A stretch of DNA of 32,000 nucleotides, from contig CP065004.1 in NCBI GenBank assembly GCA_016700135.1, positions 810,001 through 842,000 on the forward strand. Reading direction: 5' to 3'. Source of the stretch: Candidatus Saccharimonadota bacterium. GTDB taxonomy: Bacteria; Patescibacteriota; Microgenomatia; UBA1406; GWC2-37-13. The position numbers and the translations under genes are program-made. Within the stretch, counting starts at the first letter, position 1. Every line of letters begins with the position of its first letter. Under the pieces are notes generated by a model. It made no database searches. It was given only the letters and a program-made list of their open reading frames with translations, and was not told the origin of the DNA. Positions 9,380-17,662 of the stretch are shown piece after piece.

Positions 9380-10714
9380 ATGTTCGGTAAAGAAAAACTA
9401 AAACAAATTGCGGAAACGGTACTGAAGCTTTCTAAAGCCGATCAGACGGAGGTGATTCTTTCGGTGAGCGGAAACTCATTGACACGGTTTGCAAACAATG
9501 AGATCCATCAGAACATGGCCTGGAAAGACCTCGGTATTTCAGTCAGAGTCATTATTGATAAAAAAATCGGAGTTGCGTCTACGAATTCATTTGATAAAAG
9601 ATCTCTAAAAGAAGCCGTAGAGAAAGCTACAGAACTTGCAAAACTGCAGGAACCTGACCCGGATTTTGTCTCTCTGCCTAAGCCCGAAGACATATCTGAT
9701 GTTGAAAATGATATTTTTTTTGCAACGGAAGGAGAACTTGCAGAAGGTGCTCATACCGTGATCAGAGAAGCCTTAAGTGAGCATCTGACTGCGTCAGGCG
9801 CGTATGCTAATGATGTTTCAGAGCTCGCCGTAGCAAATTCCCTCGGGATCTTTGCGTATCATGCAGGCTCTTCCTGCAATCTCTCAACCATTGTGATGGG
9901 GAAGTCATCGAGCGGATTTGCCGCTGATGTAGCTCGTAATGCAGCGGACGTGGATGCTCAAAGAGTTGCAAAGACTGCTGTCAGTAAAACACTGCAAAGC
10001 TCTGACCCGGAGGATATAGAACCCGGTGAATATGAGGTTATTTTGGAGCCGCAGGCAGTTTCTGAAATGATGGCTTTTTTCCAGTGGTACGGCCCCAATG
10101 CGAGGATTTATCATGAAAAATCAAGCTACCTTTCGGAAAAAATGGGGCAAAAAGTATTCGGGGAGAATATTACTCTGATTGATGATCCGTTTCATGAGCT
10201 TGTGTTTCCGATGCCGTTTGACTTTGAAGGGTATCCGAAAAAGAAGATTATGTTTGTGGAAAACGGAGTTTTGAGGAATATTGCATATGATTCATATTAT
10301 GCCCATAAATACAAGACAGAAAATACAGGACATGCCTTACCGGCCCCGAACACCTTGGGACCAATCCCGCTTCATCTGTATATCGCCCCCGGAGATAAAA
10401 CACGTGATGACATGATCAAAAACGTCAAGAGAGGACTTCTGGTGACGAGACTGTGGTATGTGAGGGTACTGAATCCGAAAGTGCTTAATATCACGGGTAT
10501 GACGCGTGACGGGACATTCCTCATTGAAGACGGCAACATCGTCAAACCCGTCAAGAACCTGAGATTCAATCAAAGTATTCCCGATGCATTGCATAATGTG
10601 GTTGCGATTGAGAACAAACTGACACAGCTTGCCAGTTTTGAGGGAGAGCTGATAGGACTGGCGCCGGCTCTTCATATCCGCAAGTGGGAATTTAGCAGCG
10701 CCACACTCTTTTGA
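9380..10714 (+). CDS. pmbA: PmbA/TldE-family protease partner
   Basis: 444 aa with overall TldD/PmbA-family architecture but no HExxxH motif. Adjacent to tldD. Confidence 0.8.
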   Translation: MFGKEKLKQIAETVLKLSKADQTEVILSVSGNSLTRFANNEIHQNMAWKDLGISVRVIIDKKIGVASTNSFDKRSLKEAVEKATELAKLQEPDPDFVSLPKPEDISDVENDIFFATEGELAEGAHTVIREALSEHLTASGAYANDVSELAVANSLGIFAYHAGSSCNLSTIVMGKSSSGFAADVARNAADVDAQRVAKTAVSKTLQSSDPEDIEPGEYEVILEPQAVSEMMAFFQWYGPNARIYHEKSSYLSEKMGQKVFGENITLIDDPFHELVFPMPFDFEGYPKKKIMFVENGVLRNIAYDSYYAHKYKTENTGHALPAPNTLGPIPLHLYIAPGDKTRDDMIKNVKRGLLVTRLWYVRVLNPKVLNITGMTRDGTFLIEDGNIVKPVKNLRFNQSIPDALHNVVAIENKLTQLASFEGELIGLAPALHIRKWEFSSATLF

Positions 10715-10739
10715 GCATTACCAATTATTTATTTCATCT

Positions 10740-11819
10740 ATGAAAAATGTAAAAGAACTGCTGAAGAAGAATGATATCATCCGTGTATCTCCTGAAGATA
10801 CATTGTCGCAAGCATTAGGACAACTTTCCAGTTCCCATGATGCCGCGTTTGTAATGGATGAAAAGGATAATTTTCTCGGGGTAATCAATCCGTATCATGC
10901 CCTGATACAGTCATCCGCATACGACGGTGAAACAAAAGTAGAAAACTGTCTGTTCCATCCGCCGAAAATTAACGAAAACGATACACTGGGGAGAATTGCG
11001 AGTATGATGACCCAGTCGAAGGTACATTACCTTCCGGTATTTAATGATAAAAATGAGTTTGTAGGAATCACATCTGCGCGCCGGCTGCTCGGGCTTATGC
11101 GTAACAGTGTTGACCACATGACACTCGGTCAGGTACTAGCTGCAAAGAATCGCCCTTTGGTAACTATCGATGAGAATGAATCAGTTTCGAAGGCTTTGGT
11201 GATTTATAAAGAAGAAAAGATCTCAAAATTAGTTGTTGTGAATAAACAAAACAAAGTTACTGGTTTACTGAGTTATTATGAATTAATTCCGTATCTGATT
11301 GCACCGGGAAAACGGAAAAAGGGCGGCCGCGGGAGTGATGAACAGGAGCCGTTTCAGAAACTCAAAATTAAAAACTACGCAATCAGGACAGTTCTGACAC
11401 TTCAGGAAGATAAAAATGTATCACACGCCATAGATATGATGCTTCAACAGGAGCGGGGAAGTGTCGTTGTGACAGATAAGGCTGATCATCCTGTAGGTAT
11501 TGTGACAACAAGAAATATATTGGAATTACTGCAGAGTGATACGGAGAAAAAGCCCGTCCAGCTGACATCTAAGAACTTCAATGATGCACACATCTCCGTT
11601 GTAACGGAACTCGTTGACTACGTCTTTGAACACATTCAGAAGGATGACAATATCAGAAGTGCCGAAGTTATTGCCGAAGAAGCAAAAGAAGGAGTGCTGT
11701 TCAGGGTTGCAATTCATCTGATTCCAGATAAAGGGAAAATGATTGTGTATGAGCGCGAGGGGAAAGATCTGCCCGGCATGCTCCGTGAGCTGAAGGGTCT
11801 CGTGAGACAGGAGAAGTGA
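10740..11819 (+). CDS. Four-CBS (two Bateman modules) protein with a C-terminal HPF/RaiA-like (S30AE-fold-like) domain
   Basis: Four repeats of the CBS pattern, for example AFVMDEKDNFLGVIN, LPVFNDKNEFVGITS, LVVVNKQNKVTGLLS and VVVTDKADHPVGIVT. The C-terminal ~88 aa (nt 11553-11819) are discussed in the findings. Confidence 0.8.
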   Translation: MKNVKELLKKNDIIRVSPEDTLSQALGQLSSSHDAAFVMDEKDNFLGVINPYHALIQSSAYDGETKVENCLFHPPKINENDTLGRIASMMTQSKVHYLPVFNDKNEFVGITSARRLLGLMRNSVDHMTLGQVLAAKNRPLVTIDENESVSKALVIYKEEKISKLVVVNKQNKVTGLLSYYELIPYLIAPGKRKKGGRGSDEQEPFQKLKIKNYAIRTVLTLQEDKNVSHAIDMMLQQERGSVVVTDKADHPVGIVTTRNILELLQSDTEKKPVQLTSKNFNDAHISVVTELVDYVFEHIQKDDNIRSAEVIAEEAKEGVLFRVAIHLIPDKGKMIVYEREGKDLPGMLRELKGLVRQEK

Positions 11820-11850
11820 TTCTGCCCAAATGCCATCAGAAATATTGCTA

Positions 11851-11882
11851 TTGACAAATACTATCTTACTAGTATACTAGTA
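11851..11882 (+). promoter_or_regulatory. Promoter of the TrpR-like gene, overlapped by a 16-bp perfect palindrome (trp-operator-like)
   Basis: TTGACA 11851-11856, a 16-nt spacer, then TATACT 11873-11878, with the ATG 7 nt further on at 11886. The palindrome TACTAGTATACTAGTA occupies 11867-11882. Confidence 0.7.
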
Positions 11883-11885
11883 TTA

Positions 11886-12125
11886 ATGAATGAATTAATT
11901 TCTATTCTGTTATCGATCAAAACCGAAAAGGAAATGAGAGAATTTCTTTTGGGTCTTTTGACTCCGAAGGAGATAGAGGAGCTTCCCAAACGCATACAGA
12001 TTGTAAAAATGCTCAAAAGGGGAGTCCCGCAGCATGAGATTGCCCAAAAGCTCGGTGTCGGCGTTGCAACCGTGACGCGTGGATCAAAAGAGGTTCAAAG
12101 AGGAAAATTTTCAAACGTTGCCTAA
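11886..12125 (+). CDS. TrpR-like DNA-binding protein, YerC/YecD family
   Basis: 79 aa. LLTPKEIEELPKRIQIVKML...GVPQHEIAQKLGVGVATVTRGSKE matches the YerC/YecD Trp-repressor-like helix-turn-helix. Confidence 0.85.
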   Translation: MNELISILLSIKTEKEMREFLLGLLTPKEIEELPKRIQIVKMLKRGVPQHEIAQKLGVGVATVTRGSKEVQRGKFSNVA

Positions 12126-12211
12126 TTCAGCTATTAATAAATATATGAATATCAAAACAGTTTACATATATTGGCGAAAGTGGTACTTCGAAAGAAGGAG
12201 GACTGATTGTA

Positions 12212-12448
12212 GTGGGTAAAACAAACACCCGCTTTAATGAGCCTTCCTTCGGGAAGGTTTTTTTTGGCTCGAGAGGAGCAGACAGGATCCAAGCTTTTCT
12301 GTCAGCTCCACAAAAGCCGTACTTTGAGGATGCATGGGATATCGGATTGTCAACCAACACTATGTTCGTGAAAGGAACAGAAGATGATTCATTCATGGCT
12401 CGACCCGGAAGCACCGTATCCTCCCGATCCGGATCAGGGGGGAAATAA
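12212..12448 (+). CDS. Questionable small ORF (78 aa, GTG start)
   Basis: AAGGAGG at 12195-12201 lies 10 nt upstream of the GTG. However, a canonical intrinsic terminator lies within codons 10-18, and the region also folds well. It may be non-coding. Confidence 0.2.
   Translation: MGKTNTRFNEPSFGKVFFGSRGADRIQAFLSAPQKPYFEDAWDIGLSTNTMFVKGTEDDSFMARPGSTVSSRSGSGGK
12240..12265 (+). terminator. Rho-independent terminator
   Basis: ccttcc (12242-12247), a ttcg loop, then ggaagg (12252-12257), extendable by G-U and A-U pairs, followed by eight T (12258-12265). It lies 115 nt after the TrpR-like stop codon. Confidence 0.65.
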
Positions 12449-12465
12449 GCCGAAGGGAACGAAGA

Positions 12466-12639
12466 ATGGGCGCAATATTCAACAGTTATGCATTTGAGCG
12501 AATGATCGAAGAGTACTTCGAACGGGAAGGCGTATCAGCTCGATCGTGCTTCCGACTGTTCGGAGCATTCGCTTTGAGTGCTCTGATTGCGGGAGGGCTG
12601 ATGACCTTAGTCGGTAAGCTCCTTGCAGTTTTCGTGTAG
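12466..12639 (+). CDS. Candidate small tail-anchored membrane protein (57 aa; below the ORF-track length cutoff)
   Basis: My own translation is MGAIFNSYAFERMIEEYFEREGVSARSCFRLFGAFALSALIAGGLMTLVGKLLAVFV. It has an acidic/amphipathic N-terminal half and an uninterrupted ~27-residue hydrophobic C-terminus. The only upstream ribosome-binding signal is a weak purine-rich stretch, gaagggaacgaaga. Confidence 0.35.
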   Translation: MGAIFNSYAFERMIEEYFEREGVSARSCFRLFGAFALSALIAGGLMTLVGKLLAVFV

Positions 12640-12694
12640 TCGCGTTGAGGAAGATGTAGTAAATCCCATGCATCCTCCTCACTCTTTTGATAGC

Positions 12695-12723
12695 TTGTAT
12701 TTACCGTCAGTATTGGGCATAAT
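12695..12723 (+). promoter_or_regulatory. Promoter of the SDR epimerase gene (leaderless layout)
   Basis: TTGTAT 12695-12700, a 17-nt spacer, then CATAAT 12718-12723, with ATG at 12731 after 7 nt. Confidence 0.55.
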
Positions 12724-12730
12724 AATACCC

Positions 12731-13771
12731 ATGAAAACAGTCTTCATTACAGGAGGGTCAGGATTCTTAGGGATAAATCTTATTCGGTATCTTCTTAAGA
12801 AAGGCTACAAGATTATTTCATACGATATTGTTCCGTTTGATTATAATGACTGCAAAAAAAAGATCACCGCAGTTGTCGGAGACATCCGTGACAGGGAAAA
12901 ACTTCATAAATCGATGAAGGGATCCGACATAGTTATCCACTGTGCAGCGGCGTTACCGCTTTATTCGGAAGAAGACATCTATTCTACCGATATTGACGGG
13001 ACAAAGAACGTTATTGACGGTGCGATTATCCACAAGGCTGAGCGATTTATCCACATCTCATCCACAGCGGTTTACGGGGTACCGGATCATCATCCTTTGT
13101 ACGAGCATGACCAGCTCATCGGTGTCGGGCCCTACGGTAAGGCGAAAATCAAGGCTGAAAAAATGTGTGAAGAGGCAAGGGAAAAAGGGCTTATTGTCTC
13201 GATTATCCGTCCGAAATCTTTTGTGGGTCCGGAACGTCTGGGGGTATTTGCACTTTTGTACGACTGGGCGAAGGACGGGCACGGTTTTCCGATGATCGGG
13301 AACGGCAGAAACCGCTATCAGCTTTTGGATGTCGAAGATCTATGCGATGCGATTTTTGCCTGTATGACCTTGGATAAAAAAGCCGTAAACGATGTATTCA
13401 ACATCGGAGCTAAAGAGTTTACAACGATGGGGGAAGACTATCAGGCTGTTCTTGATGAAGCAGGCTTCGGTAAAAAGGTGATCGGTACACCGGCAGCACT
13501 TGTGATCGGAGTACTGAGAATTCTTGAAGCCTTAAAAATCTCACCTCTGTATGCCTGGGTATATGAGACCGCTTCCAAAGATTCGTTCGTATCGATTGAG
13601 AAAGCGGAGAAGCAGCTGAAATACCGGCCACGTTTTTCCAATAAAGAAGCACTTATCAAAAATTACCGTTGGTATTTGGCTCATCTGTCGGATTTTGAAG
13701 GGCAAAGCGGAGTTTCTCATCGGGTCCCATGGAAACAGGGAATTCTGAGTCTCTTCAAACGGTTTCTTTAA
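12731..13771 (+). CDS. NAD-dependent epimerase/dehydratase (extended SDR family)
   Basis: The N-terminal Rossmann motif ITGGSGFLGINLIRYLL and the YGKAK (YxxxK) catalytic motif. I chose ATG 12731 rather than the TTG 12623 track start because the family N-terminus begins at MKTVFITGG. Confidence 0.85.
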   Translation: MKTVFITGGSGFLGINLIRYLLKKGYKIISYDIVPFDYNDCKKKITAVVGDIRDREKLHKSMKGSDIVIHCAAALPLYSEEDIYSTDIDGTKNVIDGAIIHKAERFIHISSTAVYGVPDHHPLYEHDQLIGVGPYGKAKIKAEKMCEEAREKGLIVSIIRPKSFVGPERLGVFALLYDWAKDGHGFPMIGNGRNRYQLLDVEDLCDAIFACMTLDKKAVNDVFNIGAKEFTTMGEDYQAVLDEAGFGKKVIGTPAALVIGVLRILEALKISPLYAWVYETASKDSFVSIEKAEKQLKYRPRFSNKEALIKNYRWYLAHLSDFEGQSGVSHRVPWKQGILSLFKRFL

Positions 13772-15231
13772 CGTACGATGACGGCGATAATCCTGTTGTC
13801 CCGGTCATATACCGGTGCTGCATATGGTTCTTCAAGTCCTTTGGGGATATGACTGTCCACGTATAGTTTTACCAAATCCTTTGTTTCGTCTTCCGTAAGC
13901 ATGTTTTCCGAATAACGGATACATTTTCTTCCGTTTAATAAAAAGCGAAATGTCTCATAATCACAGCCGAAACGTTCGGAATACAAGAGAATATCTGCAT
14001 TCTGGGGAATTTGCTGCAGTCCGGCATATACTCCCGGGGCAAATACAAACTGCGCAATTGAAGAACGGGGAAACAGGGTAAAATACTGCCACAGATTGAG
14101 TATTATTTGTGCGACTCCCAGAAGTGATACAACCGTTAACAGGACCATTCTTTTCCCTCCATGTGACAGTGAAATGAGCATATAAAGTGCATATGCAGCA
14201 AAGATGTACAGGAAAATGTATGCGATCAGTACGCGTCGATAGTATCCGTCAACAGTCGAAAAGAGGGGGATCATCTGTACCAACAGCCCGATAAGAAGCC
14301 ACAACATGAATTTATTCCGCTTTAAAATAGCGGAGACAATTCCTCCGACAGCAAATACCAGAATGATATAGTCTGCGCTTTGATAATCGCCGTAACCGTC
14401 TGCTCCGTCATTCAGGTGACCTATCAAAAAAGCCTTTGTCTTTTTGAGTCCGTTTTCATACATAAACTGCAGTTTTTCTCCGGTATCACCGTTTTTAAAC
14501 TCGGCTTGATTCAATACTGATATCGTTTTGTGATGTGAAAAATATTCTTTCGGGTCCGTGGCAAGCTGCACGAGAAGCAGCGATGCGGAAACGAAAAATG
14601 TCAGCATAAAAACAGTGACATGTCTCCAGGTTATGCGCCTGATAATCCACAGATACAGGAAGGCAAGAAACAGCAACGGAGGAAAGAGAATATAGCTGTT
14701 GTATGAGTACATTCCCAAACCGCAAAAAACCGCACTCAACATGAGCGATCGATATTTTTTATCCAATAAAAATGTCGAAAAAAAATAAAGTGTACCGATG
14801 ACGAAAAGCGGCGCACTGATCAGCATAAAGCCGATACGGGAATAATGCAGATGGATAAGTGAATTTGAAAAGAGGATCGTCATGATAACCGATACTGTCG
14901 ATCCGTACAGTTTTTTTATGAAAAAATAAAAAAGAGGAACGGTAATAATACCGAAAAAGGCCATTGAAAGACGAAGGGTTGTGACGCTTGTTCCGAATAA
15001 GCGGAAAAAGAGTGCCGTCAGATAAGCCGGTCCGGAGGGTTGTCCCAAAGCGCTGAGGGAGTAAGCCGGAATCGGGCCTTCGTTGATTATTTTGAGTGCA
15101 TCAAGCGCCGTCCAGGCCTCATCACCGTGAATACCCAGTGGGATCTTATCGACCAAAATGACACGCGGGATTGCGGCCACAATCATTAAAATGAATGCAG
15201 TAAGGATATCTTTAATTGTAAGTTTACTCAT
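13768..15231 (-). CDS. GT-C fold membrane glycosyltransferase (ArnT / GT39 / GT83-like)
   Basis: 487 aa and polytopic. The first loop carries GIHGDEAWTALD (the Asp-Glu motif of ArnT/PMT-like enzymes). The ATGA start/stop overlap with the upstream gene indicates translational coupling. Confidence 0.75.
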   Translation of the reverse strand: MSKLTIKDILTAFILMIVAAIPRVILVDKIPLGIHGDEAWTALDALKIINEGPIPAYSLSALGQPSGPAYLTALFFRLFGTSVTTLRLSMAFFGIITVPLFYFFIKKLYGSTVSVIMTILFSNSLIHLHYSRIGFMLISAPLFVIGTLYFFSTFLLDKKYRSLMLSAVFCGLGMYSYNSYILFPPLLFLAFLYLWIIRRITWRHVTVFMLTFFVSASLLLVQLATDPKEYFSHHKTISVLNQAEFKNGDTGEKLQFMYENGLKKTKAFLIGHLNDGADGYGDYQSADYIILVFAVGGIVSAILKRNKFMLWLLIGLLVQMIPLFSTVDGYYRRVLIAYIFLYIFAAYALYMLISLSHGGKRMVLLTVVSLLGVAQIILNLWQYFTLFPRSSIAQFVFAPGVYAGLQQIPQNADILLYSERFGCDYETFRFLLNGRKCIRYSENMLTEDETKDLVKLYVDSHIPKGLEEPYAAPVYDRDNRIIAVIVR

Positions 15232-16985
15232 ATTTTTTTAAACACCATTATTTTCGGATGATCATATACGGTAAAAGACTCATCAGCATGATCGTCAATG
15301 ATTTTGAGTTGCCAATTTCCGATAGTCAATCTGGGATATGAGGTAAACTCAGCTACTTTTACAAATCCGCGTTCGTTCGCAAACAGGCGGCGGTAATACT
15401 CTCCGGTCATAGGGTAGCATCTCCCGTGTTCATCGCACTCCTGCAGCCGCTGAAGGGGGATATACAGTCTGTTTGAAGCAATGACAATATAATCACTTCG
15501 TTCCAGTTTCTCATTCAGAATATTCCATTTGAACTCATTGTCAGGTATATCATAAAGCGTAAGTTCCTCATACTGATATTTGCCGTGATCATATATCGGA
15601 ACACGGTCATCCCAGTGTTCGACAGCTATTATTGATCCTGCAGGAACGGCATTATTTATCCACTCGGTAGCGGTGATACGCGTGCTTTTTGTCGAATAAA
15701 TGCTCAAAAACGGAAGCGTCCAAAGAAGTGAAAAACAGATAATACTGACGCCGACTGCCAGTCTGGGAATGAGCATGCTGCGGGAGAAAAATCCGCCGTG
15801 CGGCTTATAGAGATCCATAACGACCGAAGCTCCGTATCCTGCCATAACGGCAAAAAACGGATACATCACGAGCATATATCTCATAAATTTGACAGCTGAT
15901 TTTCCGATAATGACAAAATAGAGTAGGTAAAAGAGGAAAATAACGGTAAACGGTGAATGGAGTATTTTCGTCAAAGCAACGGAGATTTTTTTTATGTGAG
16001 ATGACGAATGTATTGTTTGTGCAAACCATACTCCAATTCCGATCAGACTGAATACGGAAATCACCGGCCCCAACCCCCACAAAAAGATATTTTCCAGGTA
16101 GTACAGATAGGGGAGAGTACCTATATATTGCAGAGTGTACGGGAAGACATACGGATCCGAATTCATCCTGACCTGCAGCAATACATCCTTTAGGAATCGC
16201 TGCCATTCAATGTATCCGTAAGGCATAAAAAGAAACGAGAACAGAAGCGTAGTAAGGGTAAATGCCAATACGGCAGTACTTCGATTTTTCAAAATTATTG
16301 AGTTCAGGGACTTAAAACGGTCTTTTTGAAATAAAAACCGAATTCTGTCGAAAATATTTTCATGTACTGTTTTCGGAAAGAACAAAACAAAGAGAAGAAC
16401 CGGTGCAAAAATGACGGGAGTGACTTTTGTCGTAAGTGCTGCTGCATAAACGATACCGATTATTACGGCTTTCCTGAAAGAAGGATGCTGTTGATACTGC
16501 AGCAGAAGAAAGAGAAGAAGGGTTATAAAAAGATTGAGAAATGTATCAACGATAAAAAAGTGGCTGTTTTGTATCGGGAAAAAGGCAACCGCATAGAAAA
16601 AAGATCCCCAAGCGGCGACAGCGCGATTTTTAAAAAGATTATAAGCAATGCTATAAATCAGAACGACAACAATGAGGTCATTGATTGTAGAAAGCAGTCT
16701 TCCGACAGGTAGCAATCCGTCATAAGTGTCAATCGGCATTTGTGTAAATGACTGACTCAATTGTGCTACTGCGGCAAGTATATAAACAGGGAGGCTGCCG
16801 TAGTTGAAGAAGTCAGGATTCAACTGTGAGAAAAATGTGATGCGTTCCGTTACCATGATGAGCATCCGTTCATCAGGATGGAAATGGTAGCCTGAATCCC
16901 AGTTCAATCCGTATATCCGCAAAAATACGGCAAGAAGTAAAATTACCAAGAGCAGTTTGTGCTTTGTTATTGAGGATACAGACAT
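15228..16985 (-). CDS. GT39-family (PMT-like, phospholipid-carrier-dependent) membrane glycosyltransferase
   Basis: 585 aa. The first loop carries YHFHPDERMLIMV (DE motif). There are many TM helices and a ~130-aa soluble C-terminal domain. Confidence 0.75.
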   Translation of the reverse strand: MSVSSITKHKLLLVILLLAVFLRIYGLNWDSGYHFHPDERMLIMVTERITFFSQLNPDFFNYGSLPVYILAAVAQLSQSFTQMPIDTYDGLLPVGRLLSTINDLIVVVLIYSIAYNLFKNRAVAAWGSFFYAVAFFPIQNSHFFIVDTFLNLFITLLLFLLLQYQQHPSFRKAVIIGIVYAAALTTKVTPVIFAPVLLFVLFFPKTVHENIFDRIRFLFQKDRFKSLNSIILKNRSTAVLAFTLTTLLFSFLFMPYGYIEWQRFLKDVLLQVRMNSDPYVFPYTLQYIGTLPYLYYLENIFLWGLGPVISVFSLIGIGVWFAQTIHSSSHIKKISVALTKILHSPFTVIFLFYLLYFVIIGKSAVKFMRYMLVMYPFFAVMAGYGASVVMDLYKPHGGFFSRSMLIPRLAVGVSIICFSLLWTLPFLSIYSTKSTRITATEWINNAVPAGSIIAVEHWDDRVPIYDHGKYQYEELTLYDIPDNEFKWNILNEKLERSDYIVIASNRLYIPLQRLQECDEHGRCYPMTGEYYRRLFANERGFVKVAEFTSYPRLTIGNWQLKIIDDHADESFTVYDHPKIMVFKKI

Positions 16986-17560
16986 TATTTTCGCAATTTC
17001 GTTTCAATGTAATCCATGGCATCCTTCAGCGACAGGAATTTAAGTTCATAATCGATATGTTTATCAAATGCATTTGAAATCCACAGAGCTTTAGCATTTG
17101 TATTCTTATTGATGTGCTGGACGATATCCCAGTTGTCTTCGATAAAATATTCCAAGCCCAGTTCTTTAATCATCTTTTCTTTGAAAACGTGAGGCTGCAG
17201 GTTGTCTTTATTGTGAAATGTTGCATGAAAATGTTTTTTTGAATCCATTTTCTTGAGCCAGCGCTGGAAGTCTTTTTTGAGGCAATCATAACGGCTGGTA
17301 ATGATATACGCCTCAATATCTCCGTTATTGGCCAAAGTTTTGACTTTATCGAAGCCCGGAGATATAAAAAGGCTCGACCAGTGAACCGCAATCCACATCC
17401 ATTTTTCCAAAAATGTCCGCGGATAATAAAAATGAGTCTTCTTTGTAGCTTTTGGCTTTATGATCGTCTTCAAACCTACCGTGATAGGCCGGAAGATTCG
17501 GGCGGGGTTGTAAAGAAGTACGCCGTCAAGATCAAATCCGACTTTTAGTTTGGAAGACAT
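16985..17560 (-). CDS. HAD-like hydrolase (5'-nucleotidase-like small HAD)
   Basis: The N-terminal VGFDLDGVLLYNP (DxD motif I). It is the first gene of the HAD/GT39/GT-C operon, and its stop overlaps the next start by 1 nt. Confidence 0.65.
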   Translation of the reverse strand: MSSKLKVGFDLDGVLLYNPARIFRPITVGLKTIIKPKATKKTHFYYPRTFLEKWMWIAVHWSSLFISPGFDKVKTLANNGDIEAYIITSRYDCLKKDFQRWLKKMDSKKHFHATFHNKDNLQPHVFKEKMIKELGLEYFIEDNWDIVQHINKNTNAKALWISNAFDKHIDYELKFLSLKDAMDYIETKLRK

Positions 17561-17662
17561 GAATAATAGGGAACAAGTAATTGTTAATTGATTGTTAGCA
17601 AAATTTTATTATACTAGATACAGTAATCGTAAACGTTAGCTGATTATCAAAATTTTCATTTT

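Noticed and set aside
12175-12265. T-box riboswitch: aaGTGGTACttCG at 12178-12190 resembles the T-box core GGUGGUACCGCG and lies about 50 nt upstream of a terminator.
   Set aside because: Only about 50 nt separate it from the preceding stop codon, so there is no room for Stem I or a specifier loop. The match is partial, and no aminoacyl-tRNA synthetase or amino-acid gene follows.
12127-12682. Minus-strand ORFs 12127-12414 (95 aa) and 12479-12682 (67 aa).
   Set aside because: No promoter or ribosome-binding signal is present. The translations are Arg/Ser-rich and lack hydrophobic-core periodicity. The plus strand has the terminator, the SD-like box and the better-looking peptides.
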